This document shows, piece by piece, positions 29,356 through 40,702 of a stretch of 64,000 bases of DNA; the stretch's first letter is position 1, and each line of letters opens with the position of its first letter. The notes below the pieces were generated by a model, which saw only the letters and a list, made by a program, of their open reading frames with translations, had not been told where the DNA came from and ran no database searches. The position numbers and the translations under genes were made by a program. The DNA comes from Anaerolineae bacterium (GTDB lineage Bacteria; Chloroflexota; Anaerolineae; B4-G1; SLSP01): the NCBI GenBank assembly GCA_034437735.1, contig DAOTTS010000118.1, forward strand, positions 7,930-71,929. The letters are read 5' to 3'.

Positions 29356-30371
29356 CCCACACCATGACGTTGATCCCGGGGGATGGCATAGGTCCGGAGG
29401 TCACGGGCGCTGCCCGCCGGGTTCTGGAAGCGACCGGGTTGTCCTTGGCATGGGATGTCCAGCACGCGGGTGCATCCGTAATGGATACGGAGGGAACCCC
29501 ACTGCCCAAACGGGTTCTCGAATCGGTTCGAACTCACGGCGTTGCGCTCAAAGGCCCAATCACCACGCCCGTGGGATCGGGATTCCGCAGCGTGAACGTC
29601 GCTATCCGCCGCGCACTGGACCTATACGCAAATCTCCGGCCAACCAAGAGCATCCCTGGACTCCCGCACACGCGGGAGAATGTGGATCTCGTGGTCGTTC
29701 GTGAGAACACGGAGGGCCTTTACGTCGGTATCGAACATGAAGTCATCGCGGGTGAAGCCTCGGAGGCCGTGCGCATCATCACGCGGCGGGGATCCGAGCG
29801 CATTGTGCGCTTCGCCTTCGAATATGCCCGGGCGAACGGACGGCAAAAGGTCACCGCCGTCCATAAGGGCAATATTCTCAAGGTCACAGACGGCCTCTTT
29901 CTCGACGCTGCAAAGCAGGTGGCGGAGGACTATGCCGATATCACCTTTGAGACCCGGATCGTCGACGCGATGTGTATGCAGTTGGTGATGCAACCGGAGG
30001 CGTACGACGTCCTGGTGATGCCCAATCTCTACGGCGACATCGTCAGTGACCTGTGCTCGGGGTTGGTCGGTGGGCTGGGCGTCACGCCGGGTGCCAACCT
30101 GGGCCGCGACCTGGCAGTCTTTGAGCCTGTGCACGGCTCCGCACCGGATATCGCAGGCCTGGATCAAGCGAATCCTTGCGCTGCCATTCTGACAGGCGCG
30201 CTGATGCTTCGCCACCTGGGCGAAGTCGAGACAGCGGCCCGCATCGAGTCGGCCGTCAACGAGGTGCTGAGTGAAGGGCAAGTCATCACCGCTGATCTTA
30301 AGCTTACCGAGGACACCCGAGAGGTGGTCGGCACGCAGGCGATGGCCGACGCCGTCATCGCCAAGCTCTGA
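29352..30371 (+). CDS. icd: isocitrate dehydrogenase (NAD-type, isopropylmalate DH family)
   Basis: Family blocks [17 protein letters not shown] and NLYGDIVSD. The start overlaps the aconitase stop (ATGA). Confidence 0.8.
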   Translation: MTHTMTLIPGDGIGPEVTGAARRVLEATGLSLAWDVQHAGASVMDTEGTPLPKRVLESVRTHGVALKGPITTPVGSGFRSVNVAIRRALDLYANLRPTKSIPGLPHTRENVDLVVVRENTEGLYVGIEHEVIAGEASEAVRIITRRGSERIVRFAFEYARANGRQKVTAVHKGNILKVTDGLFLDAAKQVAEDYADITFETRIVDAMCMQLVMQPEAYDVLVMPNLYGDIVSDLCSGLVGGLGVTPGANLGRDLAVFEPVHGSAPDIAGLDQANPCAAILTGALMLRHLGEVETAARIESAVNEVLSEGQVITADLKLTEDTREVVGTQAMADAVIAKL

Positions 30372-30396
30372 CCTTTCAGTCCTGAGTGAGTGTTGG

Positions 30397-30439
30397 AGGG
30401 ATCCTCTGGGAAACACTACTTCCCAGAGGATCCCTTTTT
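30397..30439 (+). terminator. rho-independent terminator after icd
   Basis: GAGGGATCCTCTGGG-loop-CCCAGAGGATCCC followed by TTTTT. Confidence 0.75.
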
Positions 30440-30444
30440 GACGT

Positions 30445-30473
30445 TTGGGTCTACACAAAGGTTACGGTACAAT
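30445..30473 (+). promoter_or_regulatory. candidate promoter TTGGGT-17-TACAAT for guaB
   Basis: Hexamers with 17-nt spacing, about 95 nt upstream of the guaB ATG. Confidence 0.3.
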
Positions 30474-30566
30474 ACCGGCAACGAGCAATCAGCCGACCTC
30501 CACGCATCGACCTGCCAACGGAACGTGTCCAATCAATCACTATGATCTCGACAGAGGGGGAATCAG

Positions 30567-32042
30567 ATGAACGATGAGATTTTTGCCGGTATTGAAGCCC
30601 TGACTTTCGATGATGTCCTCATCGTACCGGGGTATACAGAAGTACTGCCCAACGAGACGGACGTCAGCACCGACTTGACCGCCAAGATCAAACTGTCCAT
30701 CCCCATTATCTCCGCGGCGATGGACACGGTCACCGAAGCACCGATGGGCATTGCGCTGGCTCGTGAGGGCGGGCTGGGCATCATTCACCGCAATATGTCC
30801 CCGACCGACCAAGCGGCCGAGGTTGCCAAAGTCAAGCGATCCCAATCGGGGATGATCGTCGACCCTATCACCCTGCCGCCCACCGCCACGCTTCAGGATG
30901 CCGAGGACATTATGTCGACCTATCACATCAGCGGCGTGCCCATCGTCGACGAGAACAACTACCTGGTCGGAATCCTCACAAATCGCGACTTCCGGTTTGT
31001 CGACCCGGAGGACTATCACCGCTCCGTCACCAAGTTTATGACCAGCGAGGATATCATCTCGGCGCCGGTCGATATCTCCATCGAGGAGGCCAAGCGCTTG
31101 CTCCACAAGCACCGCATCGAGAAGCTGACCCTCGTCGATGAAAACAACATCCTCAAGGGCTTGATCACCGTTAAGGACATCCAAAAGGCGCGGGATTTCC
31201 CCAACGCGACGGCGGATAGTCAGGGCCGGCTGGTGACCGGAGCTGCAGTTGGGGTCGGTGCGGACTTAGAGCACCGTATCGAGCTGCTGACAGATGCCGA
31301 CGTCGACATTGTGGTCATCGACACCGCCCACGGGCACTCGGCCGGCGTCCTGACAGCCGTGCGCCGTATCCGGAAGCTGGCGCCGGATCTCCCGATTATC
31401 GCAGGGAACGTCGTCACAAAGAAAGGGACGGAGGCCCTGATCGAAGCAGGAGCGAACGTGATCAAGGTCGGGGTTGGCGCGGGCTCGATCTGTACGACGC
31501 GCATTGTGTCCGGTGCAGGGATGCCTCAGCTCACCGCCATCCACAACTGCGTCGCCGCCGCCAAACCTTACGACGTCCCCGTCATCGCCGACGGCGGTAT
31601 CAAGTACAGCGGCGATATCGTCAAAGCGATCGCGGCCGGCGCCCATCTGGTGATGCTCGGCAGTATGCTCGCGGGACTCGACGAGGCACCGGGCGACGTC
31701 GTCTACTACGACGGACGGCGTTTTAAGGAGTACCGAGGGATGGGAAGCGTGGCAGCGATGCGGGGATACGGAAGAGACCGCTACGGGTCGGGACAGGACA
31801 AGAGTGGCAAGCTGGTCCCCGAGGGCGTTGAGGGCCGCGTCCCCTATAAGGGAACGGTTCATGACTATATCTACCAGCTCATTGGCGGGTTGCGCTCAGG
31901 ATTGGGCTACGCGGGGGCAGCCAATCTGGCGGAGCTCCGCGAGAAAGCGCAGTTCACCCGCATCACCCAGGCCGGCCTGATCGAGAGCCATCCCCACGAC
32001 GTCATCATCACCAAGGAGCCCCCGAATTATCAGGTGGGCTGA
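30567..32042 (+). CDS. guaB: IMP dehydrogenase
   Basis: N-terminal [15 protein letters not shown]. Tandem CBS domains. Catalytic-loop region [15 protein letters not shown]. Confidence 0.9.
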   Translation: MNDEIFAGIEALTFDDVLIVPGYTEVLPNETDVSTDLTAKIKLSIPIISAAMDTVTEAPMGIALAREGGLGIIHRNMSPTDQAAEVAKVKRSQSGMIVDPITLPPTATLQDAEDIMSTYHISGVPIVDENNYLVGILTNRDFRFVDPEDYHRSVTKFMTSEDIISAPVDISIEEAKRLLHKHRIEKLTLVDENNILKGLITVKDIQKARDFPNATADSQGRLVTGAAVGVGADLEHRIELLTDADVDIVVIDTAHGHSAGVLTAVRRIRKLAPDLPIIAGNVVTKKGTEALIEAGANVIKVGVGAGSICTTRIVSGAGMPQLTAIHNCVAAAKPYDVPVIADGGIKYSGDIVKAIAAGAHLVMLGSMLAGLDEAPGDVVYYDGRRFKEYRGMGSVAAMRGYGRDRYGSGQDKSGKLVPEGVEGRVPYKGTVHDYIYQLIGGLRSGLGYAGAANLAELREKAQFTRITQAGLIESHPHDVIITKEPPNYQVG

Positions 32043-32051
32043 ACAATCAAT

Positions 32052-32085
32052 GACCGGGGGGAGCGTTGATACGCTCCCCCCGGTC
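32052..32085. terminator. GC-rich 14-bp perfect hairpin between convergent guaB and phosphatase genes (possible bidirectional terminator, weak U-tract)
   Basis: GACCGGGGGGAGCG-ttgata-CGCTCCCCCCGGTC. Confidence 0.45.
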
Positions 32086-32100
32086 GCTATCCCCCCACCC

Positions 32101-33117
32101 TTAGCCCAGCAAATCCCGTTTCCGCAGTGCTGCTACCAACGCGGACGCTACCTCTTCACGGATAGCCGCGTTCGCGTAGCCCACCCACGCAACGTCCGGT
32201 CCAACCGCAAGAGGGGTGTGAAGCGGTGATCCATCCGGCGCGCAGACGACGACGCCCAAGGCCTCCGCGATTAACGCCGTACAAATATCATACGGATGAC
32301 AACAGAGGCCCAGGGCCAAGCCTTTCTCTGCCAACAGCGGTTCCATCAAAGGTCGGAGGTCGGCGACGAAACGGTCGTGACCGGCCATCAGCTCGTAGAG
32401 CTGTCCCCCCGTCGAGATATACTGATCCTCAAAGGTGTGGGCCTTCCCAGGCCGGATCGGACCCAATACAGAGGCGATGATCTCCTCGTCGATGGCAGCC
32501 AAAGGCTCCCGAACCCCTGGAAAAAAGCGTGCGACCGAGGCAAAGCCGTGCGCAATCGTCGAGGCACCGGACGGCATAAGGTTCAAAGGTTGGTCCTCGC
32601 CCGTCAGGCGGTTCGTCCGGATAGCCTGCACCGGCTCATCCCGCACCACCCATATCTGGTCGGTCAGGTGCTGTTTGATCAGGGGGATCTCGGTCTGAAC
32701 CGCGAGGACGATGTCCTGAAGATCGGTCTCGGGTCCGAGGTTCGGAGCGACACCGGTCAGAATCCACGCGCTCCGCTTTTGATACATAAGGCCGCGTGTG
32801 CCGTCGATGGGATCGACGATGATCCGCCAAACAGCCTCCGATTCCGGAACGCCGTCCGGAAGGACGCGTCGCCCGCCGTTGGGCAATCCCTCGGCGATCA
32901 GTAAGACAGGAGCGTGCGGCACGATGTCGCGTTCGAAAAGAGCGACCAAGCGGTCCTCACTGACCCGGTCCACCGCATAGATCGTATCTCCGACCGTATC
33001 GTGATCCACGTGGGACAGATCCTCCACGGCACGGCTCTCACACGCTGCCACGACGGCATCGCGAATCTCACGATGGATGGACAGTATCGGGTCGATAAGC
33101 GCGTGGATATCCACCAT
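32101..33117 (-). CDS. inositol monophosphatase/FBPase-family phosphatase
   Basis: Start corrected to MVDIHAL (AGGAGG 5 nt upstream). [13 protein letters not shown] metal-binding motif. Confidence 0.75.
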   Translation of the reverse strand: MVDIHALIDPILSIHREIRDAVVAACESRAVEDLSHVDHDTVGDTIYAVDRVSEDRLVALFERDIVPHAPVLLIAEGLPNGGRRVLPDGVPESEAVWRIIVDPIDGTRGLMYQKRSAWILTGVAPNLGPETDLQDIVLAVQTEIPLIKQHLTDQIWVVRDEPVQAIRTNRLTGEDQPLNLMPSGASTIAHGFASVARFFPGVREPLAAIDEEIIASVLGPIRPGKAHTFEDQYISTGGQLYELMAGHDRFVADLRPLMEPLLAEKGLALGLCCHPYDICTALIAEALGVVVCAPDGSPLHTPLAVGPDVAWVGYANAAIREEVASALVAALRKRDLLG

Positions 33118-33149
33118 AACACCTCCTGAAATATGGCCGTTCAGCTTTC

Positions 33150-33178
33150 TTGACACAACACCCGCAGATACTATCATA
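33150..33178 (+). promoter_or_regulatory. candidate promoter TTGACA-16/17-TATCAT upstream of kdgK-eda
   Basis: Hexamers lie in the divergent intergenic region. The adjacent small inverted repeat GATTGcaaggtCAATC could be an operator. Confidence 0.35.
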
Positions 33179-33302
33179 TGATTGTGGGATTGCAAGGTCA
33201 ATCGAGCGGCATAGTGTGCAGTACAAACCACTCAATATCCTCAAGCCTTGACCCGCTTTGAGCATTTGTTCCTGTTGTCCATCAACTGACAAGGAGTCAA
33301 CT

Positions 33303-34334
33303 ATGAAAAAGATTGTAACCTTTGGCGAAATTATGTTGCGTTTAAAGCCGCCCGGCTTCCTGCGTTTCACCCAGGCGCGCAGCTTTGACGTTATCTACGG
33401 CGGAGGCGAGGCCAACGTGGCCGTCTCCGTGGCAAACTATGGGCTCCCGGTCGACTACGTCACCCGGCTGCCGCAAAACGACATCGGCGACGCATGTCTC
33501 AACTATATCCGCCAGTTCGGCGTGGGCACCGACCATATCGTTCGCGGCGGCGACCGGCTGGGTATCTACTTCCTTGAGGGTGGCGCCGTGCAGCGCGGCA
33601 GCAAGGTCATTTACGATCGGGCGGGGTCGGCGCTGGCGACCATCGAGCCGGGCATGGTCGATTGGGAAGCCGCTTTCGAGGACGCCGGTTGGTTCCACTG
33701 GACCGGCATCACCCCGGCCATCTCCGAGGGGGCAGCCGCGACGTGCTTGGAAGCCGTCAAAGTGGCGAAGGACATGGGATTGACCGTCTCGTGCGACCTC
33801 AACTACCGGAGCAAGCTCTGGAAGTGGGGCAAGACCCCGGGTGAGGTTATGCCCGATCTGGTGAGCTACACTGACGTCGCGATCGGCAATGAGGAGGACG
33901 CGGCCAAGGTCTTCGGTATCCATGCCCCTGAGGTCGACGTGACCAAGGGCAACGTCGAGGCGGATGCCTACACCTACGTCTGCGAGAAGCTCAAGGAGCG
34001 GTTCCCGAACTTGCAGACCATCGCCATCACCCTCCGAGGTTCGCTCTCCGCGAGCCACAACACCTGGAGCGCCGTGCTTTGGGATGAAGGGAACTTCTAT
34101 GAAGCGCCCACCTACGACATTATGCCCATCGTCGACCGTGTCGGTGGCGGCGACAGCTTCATGGGTGGGCTCATCTACGGTCTGCTCACCTACGAGGACA
34201 AACAGGCGGCGCTCAACTTCGCCGTTGCGGCCTCCTGCCTCAAACACACCGTGGTCGGTGACTTCAACATGGTGAGTGTCGAGGAGGTTGAGAAGCTGTT
34301 GGGCGGCGATGCGTCAGGTCGCGTAAGCCGCTAA
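33303..34334 (+). CDS. kdgK: 2-dehydro-3-deoxygluconokinase (PfkB family)
   Basis: FGEIMLRL N-terminus typical of KdgK. DRVGGGDSFMGG anion-hole motif. Start MKKIV with RBS AAGGAG. Confidence 0.8.
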   Translation: MKKIVTFGEIMLRLKPPGFLRFTQARSFDVIYGGGEANVAVSVANYGLPVDYVTRLPQNDIGDACLNYIRQFGVGTDHIVRGGDRLGIYFLEGGAVQRGSKVIYDRAGSALATIEPGMVDWEAAFEDAGWFHWTGITPAISEGAAATCLEAVKVAKDMGLTVSCDLNYRSKLWKWGKTPGEVMPDLVSYTDVAIGNEEDAAKVFGIHAPEVDVTKGNVEADAYTYVCEKLKERFPNLQTIAITLRGSLSASHNTWSAVLWDEGNFYEAPTYDIMPIVDRVGGGDSFMGGLIYGLLTYEDKQAALNFAVAASCLKHTVVGDFNMVSVEEVEKLLGGDASGRVSR

Positions 34335-34365
34335 GTAGATGCGAGAAAGTATCTTAAAAGTGCTC

Positions 34366-34410
34366 GTAGCCCCCGTCCCCGGGGGCGGAGGCCAAGGAAC
34401 TTTTTCGGAG
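34366..34410 (+). repeat. dispersed intergenic repeat, copy 1 of 3 (GCCCCCGTCCCCGGGGGCG...GGAACTTTTTCGG)
   Basis: Shares the CCCGT(C/A)CCC...CGGGGGCG core and the GGAAC(T/G)T(G/T)TT tail with the copies at 35287-35337 and 48816-48890. Confidence 0.5.
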
Positions 34411-34525
34411 TTACTTAGCTAGCAAAGACTCGTCTGGATTCGCGTTCAGCCCTTAATGACACCGTACGTTTATGGCCGGTCTGTACCGCAGGCCGAGGAC
34501 CGGCCTCAAGATAAAGGAGAGCAAG

Positions 34526-35203
34526 ATGGCTCGATTTGACCGTTTGACCGTCTACAACACAATGATCGATCTGGGTTTGGTCCCCCTTTTCTACAATGGA
34601 GACGTCGAGACCGCCAAGAAGATCGTACAGGCCCTCGCCGATGGCGGCGCTCGCGTGGTTGAGTTCACCAACCGCGGGGATCAGGCGATGGAGGTCTTCA
34701 AGGAACTGGTGCCGTATTTCGCGGAGGCTGCGCCGGAGGTCATCCTCGGCGTGGGATCCGTGGCGGATATGCCCACGGCCGGCATCGCGATTGCCTACGG
34801 GGCGAACTTCGTCGTCGGCCCGATGCTCAACCCCGAGGTAGCCAAGGTGTGTAACCGTCGCAAGATCGGCTACATGCCCGGATGCGGCACCGCCAGTGAG
34901 ATCTCAGCAGCCGAGGAACTAGGCGTCGAGATCGTGAAGGTCTTCCCGGGTACCCAGGTGGGCGGCCCCGGATTCATCAAGGCCATTACCAGCCCCATGC
35001 CCTGGACCAAGATCATGCCCACCGGTGGCGTCCGCGCGACCGAGGAGAACATCAAGGGCTGGATCGGGGCCGGTGCCGTCTGCGTAGGGATGGGAAGCAA
35101 GATGGTTCGCAAGGACTGGGTAGCCGCCGGCGAGTTCGAGAAGATCTCGGAGAACGCCGTGCAGGTTCTCCAGTGGATTCAAGAAGCACGCGCCGAAGCC
35201 TAG
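34526..35203 (+). CDS. eda: KDPG/KHG aldolase
   Basis: Class I aldolase Eda family with Lys-containing motif GVEIVKVFPG. Start MARFD with RBS AAGGAG. Confidence 0.85.
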   Translation: MARFDRLTVYNTMIDLGLVPLFYNGDVETAKKIVQALADGGARVVEFTNRGDQAMEVFKELVPYFAEAAPEVILGVGSVADMPTAGIAIAYGANFVVGPMLNPEVAKVCNRRKIGYMPGCGTASEISAAEELGVEIVKVFPGTQVGGPGFIKAITSPMPWTKIMPTGGVRATEENIKGWIGAGAVCVGMGSKMVRKDWVAAGEFEKISENAVQVLQWIQEARAEA

Positions 35204-35222
35204 AAGCGTCCCAGGCATTCAG

Positions 35223-35251
35223 CCGGAGCGCAGCATAGACCTGCGCTCCGG
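35223..35251 (+). terminator. hairpin CCGGAGCGCAG-cataga-CTGCGCTCCGG after eda (weak U-tract)
   Basis: 11-bp perfect stem directly downstream of the eda stop. Confidence 0.35.
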
Positions 35252-35286
35252 TGCTGCTTAGGGTTCGCAAGACTATAACGTCCCGA

Positions 35287-35337
35287 CCATAGCGCTTCAA
35301 GCCACCGTCCCCGGGGGCGTCGGCTCGGGAACGTGTT
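35287..35337 (+). repeat. dispersed intergenic repeat, copy 2 of 3
   Basis: CCATAGCGCTTCAAGCCACCGTCCCCGGGGGCGTCGGCTCGGGAACGTGTT. 27 of 30 3'-terminal nt are identical to copy 3. Confidence 0.5.
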
Positions 35338-35370
35338 ATGTCACGCGTCTTAGAAAGAAAAGAGCTGACT

Positions 35371-36444
35371 ATGGAAACGATGACCACCTATGAGAGAATG
35401 AGCCGGATGTACGATCATCGGGAAGCCGACCGTATTCCCATCACCGATAGTCCCTGGAATGCAACCATTGAGCGCTGGCACCGGGAGGGTATGCCCGAGG
35501 ACGTAAGCTACCGGGACTACTTCGATCTGGATAAGATTTCCCACGTCCACGTGGATAACAGCCCCCAATATCCGGCGGAGGTCATCGAGGAGACGGAAGA
35601 CTACGTCATCAACACGACCGCCTGGGGAGCAACCCTCAAGAACTGGAAACACATCGCCTCGACGCCGGAATTTCTCGACTTCCGCATCAAGGATCGGGAG
35701 ACCTGGGAGCGCGCGAAAGCCCGCATGACCCCATCGGACGATCGCATCCCTTGGGATACGCTCAAGGCCAACTACAAAACCTGGCGCGAGGAGGGACATT
35801 GGATCGAGGCCGGGTTATGGTTCGGATTCGACGTCACGCACTCCTGGACGGTCGGGACGGAGCGGCTGCTCATCGCCCTGATGGATGATCCCGAGTGGTG
35901 CCGGGACATGTTCAACCACTTCCTCGACGTCGACCTCGCGCTGCTGGATCGCGTATGGGATGCCGGGTACACCTTCGACGCCGTCCGTTGGCCTGATGAT
36001 ATGGGCTATAAGTACAGTCAGTTTTTCTCGCTGAAGACCTATCGCGAGTTGCTCAAACCGGTGCACAAGCGCGCCGTTGATTGGGCCCACCGCAAAGGCA
36101 TCAGAGCGCATCTCCATTCATGTGGGGATGTCAACCCTTTCATCCCCGAACTCCTCGAGATCGGACTCGATGGGCTGAATCCCCTGGAAGTCAAAGCCGG
36201 GATGGATCCCGTCCAGATCAAGCGGACGTACGGAGATCAGCTGCTGCTTCACGGCGGCATCAATGCTGTGCTATGGGACGACCGTCCCCGCATCGAGGCT
36301 GAGATGGCACGGGTAATCCCCATCGTGAAGGAGAAGGGCGGGTATATCTTCTCCTCGGATCACTCCGTCCCCTCCAGTGTCAGCCTGGAGGACTTCCGGC
36401 GCATCATCCAACGCGCCAAAGCGCTCGGTTCCTACTCGGGATAG
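35371..36444 (+). CDS. uroporphyrinogen decarboxylase (URO-D) family protein of unknown substrate
   Basis: URO-D/MtaA-like fold motifs over the full length. Found here in a carbohydrate gene context. Confidence 0.7.
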   Translation: METMTTYERMSRMYDHREADRIPITDSPWNATIERWHREGMPEDVSYRDYFDLDKISHVHVDNSPQYPAEVIEETEDYVINTTAWGATLKNWKHIASTPEFLDFRIKDRETWERAKARMTPSDDRIPWDTLKANYKTWREEGHWIEAGLWFGFDVTHSWTVGTERLLIALMDDPEWCRDMFNHFLDVDLALLDRVWDAGYTFDAVRWPDDMGYKYSQFFSLKTYRELLKPVHKRAVDWAHRKGIRAHLHSCGDVNPFIPELLEIGLDGLNPLEVKAGMDPVQIKRTYGDQLLLHGGINAVLWDDRPRIEAEMARVIPIVKEKGGYIFSSDHSVPSSVSLEDFRRIIQRAKALGSYSG

Positions 36445-36452
36445 ACTGGGTC

Positions 36453-37193
36453 CTACTCTCGAAGGGCTTCAGCAGCAATCGCAGCGCCGATGATCCCGGC
36501 CTCGTTACGGAGTTGAGCCGGAACGATCTCCGCGCGGACCAACAGGTATTTGCCGAATTTCTTCATCTTCTTACTCGCGCCGCCCCCAAGGATGATCAGA
36601 TCGGGCCAGAAGAGATCCTCGATGCGGCTCACGTAGCGGTCGAATCGCCGTGCCCATTCTTTCCAACTCAGATTATCCCGCTTGCGCGCTGCGTCGGACG
36701 CCTGCCACTCCGCGTCCTGGCAGTCCATCTCAATGTGACCGAGCTCGGTGTTCGGCACCAGAACGCCATCGGTGAAGAGCGCTGTGCCCAGTCCCGTGCC
36801 GATTGTGATGATCATCACCAGACCATCACGCCCCCGCCCGGCACCAAATCGCATCTCCGCAATGCCGGCGACGTCCGCGTCGTTGAGCACCCGGACAGGG
36901 CACCCCGTGGTTGAGGCGAACAGGGCCGCGATGTCGGTGTCGATCCACTCGTCCGAGACGTTGGCGGCGGTTCGAGCTACACCGTGCTGAATCACGGCGG
37001 GAAATCCGCATCCAATGGGTCCATGCCAATCAAAATTCTCCGCAATCTGCCTCACCACGTCCGCGACGTCCTCGGGCCTCGCGCCTTCAGGGGTAGGAAT
37101 GCGATACCGGTCGGTCAACATCTGACCGGCTTTGGTATCGACGGGGGCTCCTTTGATGCCAGACCCACCGATGTCAACACCCAGAATTCTCAT
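36453..37193 (-). CDS. ppgK: ROK-family polyphosphate/ATP glucokinase
   Basis: Start corrected to [16 protein letters not shown] (GGAAAGGAAGG RBS). PpgK-like ROK motifs. Confidence 0.75.
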   Translation of the reverse strand: MRILGVDIGGSGIKGAPVDTKAGQMLTDRYRIPTPEGARPEDVADVVRQIAENFDWHGPIGCGFPAVIQHGVARTAANVSDEWIDTDIAALFASTTGCPVRVLNDADVAGIAEMRFGAGRGRDGLVMIITIGTGLGTALFTDGVLVPNTELGHIEMDCQDAEWQASDAARKRDNLSWKEWARRFDRYVSRIEDLFWPDLIILGGGASKKMKKFGKYLLVRAEIVPAQLRNEAGIIGAAIAAEALRE

Positions 37194-37271
37194 TCTTGAC
37201 CTTCCTTTCCAACTACCTATCCTTGACAGATCAATCCTCAAGTCGTGTGCTTGGGGACATCACCGCATCAC

Positions 37272-38783
37272 TCAAATACGATCGCCCGACTGGATCTTCC
37301 CCACGATCTCCGCTGCCCGGTGGCGGATCGCCTGTAAGTCAGCCGGATCCTTGCGCTTGAGCATCGAAAGCATCAACCCCATCCGGGAGTTATCCTCAAG
37401 CTGAGCCTGATTGCGCGCCATGAAATCCCAGTAGAGCGCGTTGAACGGACAAGCCCCTTCCCCCACAGCCTGCCGGCGATCGTACTCACAGTGCCGGCAG
37501 TGATCGCTCATCTTGTTGATATAATTCGCTGAGGCCGCATAGGGCTTCGTGGCGATGATACCGCCGTCCGCAAAAAGTGCCAACCCCAGAACGTTAGGCG
37601 TCACGACCCATTCGTAGGCGTCGACGTAGACCGACAGATACCACCGGTTCACCGCCTGGGGATTCACCCCCAAGAGAAGCGCCAGGTTCCCCGTAATCAT
37701 CAGTCGCTGTATGTGGTGGTTGATCCCGGTGGCCCGCACGGTCTGCACAGCTTCCGCCACACAGCGCATTGATGTTTCACCCGTCCAATAGAAATCCGGT
37801 AATGGCAAATCCGCGTCGAAGAAATTGGATTGCAGATACGCCGGCATAAAGTGATGATAGACGCAGTAGACAAATTCGCGCCACCCGATGACCTGACGGA
37901 TAAACCCCTCCACCGAGTTTAACCGGGCCTGACCTGCGTCATACCGCGCCTCGACCTTCTCGCATACCTCAAGGGGATCCAGGAGGCCGATGTTGAGAAG
38001 AGGGGAGATCAGCGAATGACACAGGGATCGCGAGCGCTCCACCATCGCATCCTCATAGGGACCGAAGCAATCCAGTCGATGGTCAAGAAAATCCTCAAAG
38101 AACGCTTTGGCGTCCGCGTGCGTGACGGGCCACGTAAAGGGTCGCAGCTCGCCGAAGAGTCCAGACCGCTCCGCAACGGTTGACAGCACCGAGGACGTCA
38201 CCGCATCGGGTTCAAGGTGTGGTACCGTTGGAAAGACCATGTCCTTGGAAGGGCGCTGTCGATTCTGCTTGTCATAGTTCCACTGACCGCCGGCCGGCTC
38301 GCCGTTGTCCATCAATAAGCTCAAACGTCGCCGGATGTCCCGGTAAAAGGCCTCCAACCGGATACGCTTTCGATCCTCAACCCATGACACGAACGCTTGC
38401 CTATCGCTCACAAACATCGTATTCGGAACCACACGGACGTCCACACCCAGCGTCCGCGCGGTCGCCGCCAGACGACGGGCACGCCCATACTCGGCTGTCT
38501 CCATCAGAATCAAGCGGTCTGGACGGTAGCGTTCGAGATGGCGACGAAGCGCCTGGCGGGTCGATGAGGCTTGCTCTTGATAATCGACCTCGTAGCCTTG
38601 CTTTCTCAAGGCATCGGCGAAATGCCGCATCGCCGACCACACCAAGGCCAGTTTCTGCCGGTGCCATGAGAGTTTGCCGGCCCGCTCTAGAGACTCCACC
38701 ATCAACACGGTCTCTGGGGACATAGCGAGACCCGGATGGGAGAAAATCAGCTGATCACCCAAAACCCAGACAGATATCTTCAC
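37272..38783 (-). CDS. cryptochrome/photolyase family protein of the FeS-BCP ((6-4) photolyase PhrB/CryB-like) type
   Basis: C-terminal cysteine cluster DHCRHCEYD...GEGACPFN matches the 4Fe-4S-binding motif of FeS-BCPs. GTG start with GGAG RBS. Confidence 0.7.
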   Translation of the reverse strand: MKISVWVLGDQLIFSHPGLAMSPETVLMVESLERAGKLSWHRQKLALVWSAMRHFADALRKQGYEVDYQEQASSTRQALRRHLERYRPDRLILMETAEYGRARRLAATARTLGVDVRVVPNTMFVSDRQAFVSWVEDRKRIRLEAFYRDIRRRLSLLMDNGEPAGGQWNYDKQNRQRPSKDMVFPTVPHLEPDAVTSSVLSTVAERSGLFGELRPFTWPVTHADAKAFFEDFLDHRLDCFGPYEDAMVERSRSLCHSLISPLLNIGLLDPLEVCEKVEARYDAGQARLNSVEGFIRQVIGWREFVYCVYHHFMPAYLQSNFFDADLPLPDFYWTGETSMRCVAEAVQTVRATGINHHIQRLMITGNLALLLGVNPQAVNRWYLSVYVDAYEWVVTPNVLGLALFADGGIIATKPYAASANYINKMSDHCRHCEYDRRQAVGEGACPFNALYWDFMARNQAQLEDNSRMGLMLSMLKRKDPADLQAIRHRAAEIVGKIQSGDRI

Positions 38784-38992
38784 AACCCTACTCCAGGAGA
38801 AAAGTATGGGTGTATTGTACTCGTACCCTGTCCCCCAAGCAAATCAAAAACACAGCACGGCGTGATCACGCTCGCTCCAAGGAGATTTGCAATCCCCGGC
38901 TTCGCCATTCTTCCGCCTGCGATTAGCGCTGGCCCATAGGTTGGAAATAGTGAGAGCTGAGGTAAAATATCATTCCCGTGAGGAGGTAACCT

Positions 38993-40624
38993 ATGGCAAC
39001 CAAGTACATTTTTATCACGGGAGGTGTGGTCAGCTCCCTCGGGAAGGGCATCACAGCCGCGTCGCTGGGACGTCTGCTGAAAGCGCGCGGGCTGCGGGTC
39101 TCCATCCAGAAACTTGACCCCTACATCAACGTGGATCCCGGAACAATGGCCCCCTACCAACACGGAGAGGTCTTCGTCACGGAAGACGGGGCCGAGACCG
39201 ATCTCGATCTGGGACACTACGAACGGTATATCGACGAGAACCTGGGTCAACTGAATAATGTGACGACCGGGCAGGTCTACAGCGAGGTCATCAGCCGCGA
39301 GCGACGTGGAGATTTCCTCGGCGGCACGATTCAGGTCGTTCCCCATATCACCAATGAGATCAAACGGCGTATCGTCCGGGCTGCGCAGAAGCTCGAAGCA
39401 AACGTCGCAATCATCGAGATCGGCGGGACGGTCGGTGATATCGAAGGGCAACCCTTTATCGAAGCCATCCGACAGATGCGGAACGATATCGGCAGAAAAA
39501 GCGTGCTTTACATCCACGTGACGCTCCTTCCGTATCTCAGCGCCAGCGGCGAGCTCAAGACCAAACCGACGCAACACAGTGTGAGGGAACTTCGTGGCAT
39601 GGGAATCCAGCCCGACATCATCGCGCTGCGCTCGGATTATCCCATTGATGACGAGATCCGCGATAAGGTCGCCTTGTTCTGCGATGTTGAGCGTCAAGCG
39701 GTCGTTCCTTTACTGACGGTGGATACCATCTATGAAGTCCCGTTGATGCTTGAGAAGGAGGGCATCGGCGATCTGGTGGTCAAGAAACTCAAACTCCGCA
39801 AGAAGGTCCATGCCCCGCATCTGGAGGACTGGGAGCAGGCGATTCAAAAGCTGAAATCCAAACAGCCGTTCGTCCGCATCGCATTGGTTGGCAAATATGT
39901 CGAGCTGCACGACGCGTATATGAGCGTGCGAGAGGCGTTGATTCACGCGGGCCTGGAACACGACCACGAGGTTGAGATCGATTGGGTCCACAGCGAGGAC
40001 CTGGAACAAGGGCGATGTATCGATAGGCTGATGGCAGCCGATGGTATTGTGGTACCCGGCGGGTTCGGATACCGGGGGATTGAGGGTAAGATCGTCGCAG
40101 CAAGGACTGCGCGGGAGCATCACATCCCTTACCTGGGGCTCTGTCTCGGGATGCAGGTCATGTGCATCGAACTCGCTCGGCACACGCTGCAAACGGACAC
40201 GCCGAACAGCACCGAGTTTGACCCCAAGACGAACCACCCGATTATTGCCCTGATGCCCGATCAGCATGGGCTCGCCGATATGGGGGGCACGATGCGGCTG
40301 GGCAGCTATCCGTGCGTACTGACCCCTGACACGAAGGCTCAGACCGCTTACGACAAGAAACAGGTCTCGGAGCGTCATCGTCACCGCTTCGAATTCAACA
40401 ACGCGTATCGAAAAACCCTGGCAGAAGCGGGCTTGATCTTCAGCGGCCTGTCACCCGACGGGCGGCTGGTGGAGATCACCGAGATGCGCGATCATCCCTG
40501 GATGGTCGGCAGCCAATTCCATCCGGAGTTCAAGTCGCGGATGCAGCGGCCCCACCCGCTCTTCAAGGACTTTGTCGGGGCAGCCATTCGACAGAAACAA
40601 AATCGCAAAACCGAGGGTACGTAA
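38993..40624 (+). CDS. pyrG: CTP synthase
   Basis: [16 protein letters not shown]. Glutamine amidotransferase GLCLGMQ. RBS GAGGAGG. Confidence 0.95.
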   Translation: MATKYIFITGGVVSSLGKGITAASLGRLLKARGLRVSIQKLDPYINVDPGTMAPYQHGEVFVTEDGAETDLDLGHYERYIDENLGQLNNVTTGQVYSEVISRERRGDFLGGTIQVVPHITNEIKRRIVRAAQKLEANVAIIEIGGTVGDIEGQPFIEAIRQMRNDIGRKSVLYIHVTLLPYLSASGELKTKPTQHSVRELRGMGIQPDIIALRSDYPIDDEIRDKVALFCDVERQAVVPLLTVDTIYEVPLMLEKEGIGDLVVKKLKLRKKVHAPHLEDWEQAIQKLKSKQPFVRIALVGKYVELHDAYMSVREALIHAGLEHDHEVEIDWVHSEDLEQGRCIDRLMAADGIVVPGGFGYRGIEGKIVAARTAREHHIPYLGLCLGMQVMCIELARHTLQTDTPNSTEFDPKTNHPIIALMPDQHGLADMGGTMRLGSYPCVLTPDTKAQTAYDKKQVSERHRHRFEFNNAYRKTLAEAGLIFSGLSPDGRLVEITEMRDHPWMVGSQFHPEFKSRMQRPHPLFKDFVGAAIRQKQNRKTEGT

Positions 40625-40702
40625 TGGGCTTCATCCACGGCTTCAAGGCATACCGTCTCCAAGACGACAGCTAGCTATTCCAGTTTAGCGACGACAATCA
40701 AC

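Noticed and set aside
38780-39697. 305-aa ORF on the minus strand
   Set aside because: It is entirely antisense to pyrG (CTP synthase), whose identity is unambiguous. Long antisense ORFs are expected at this GC content.
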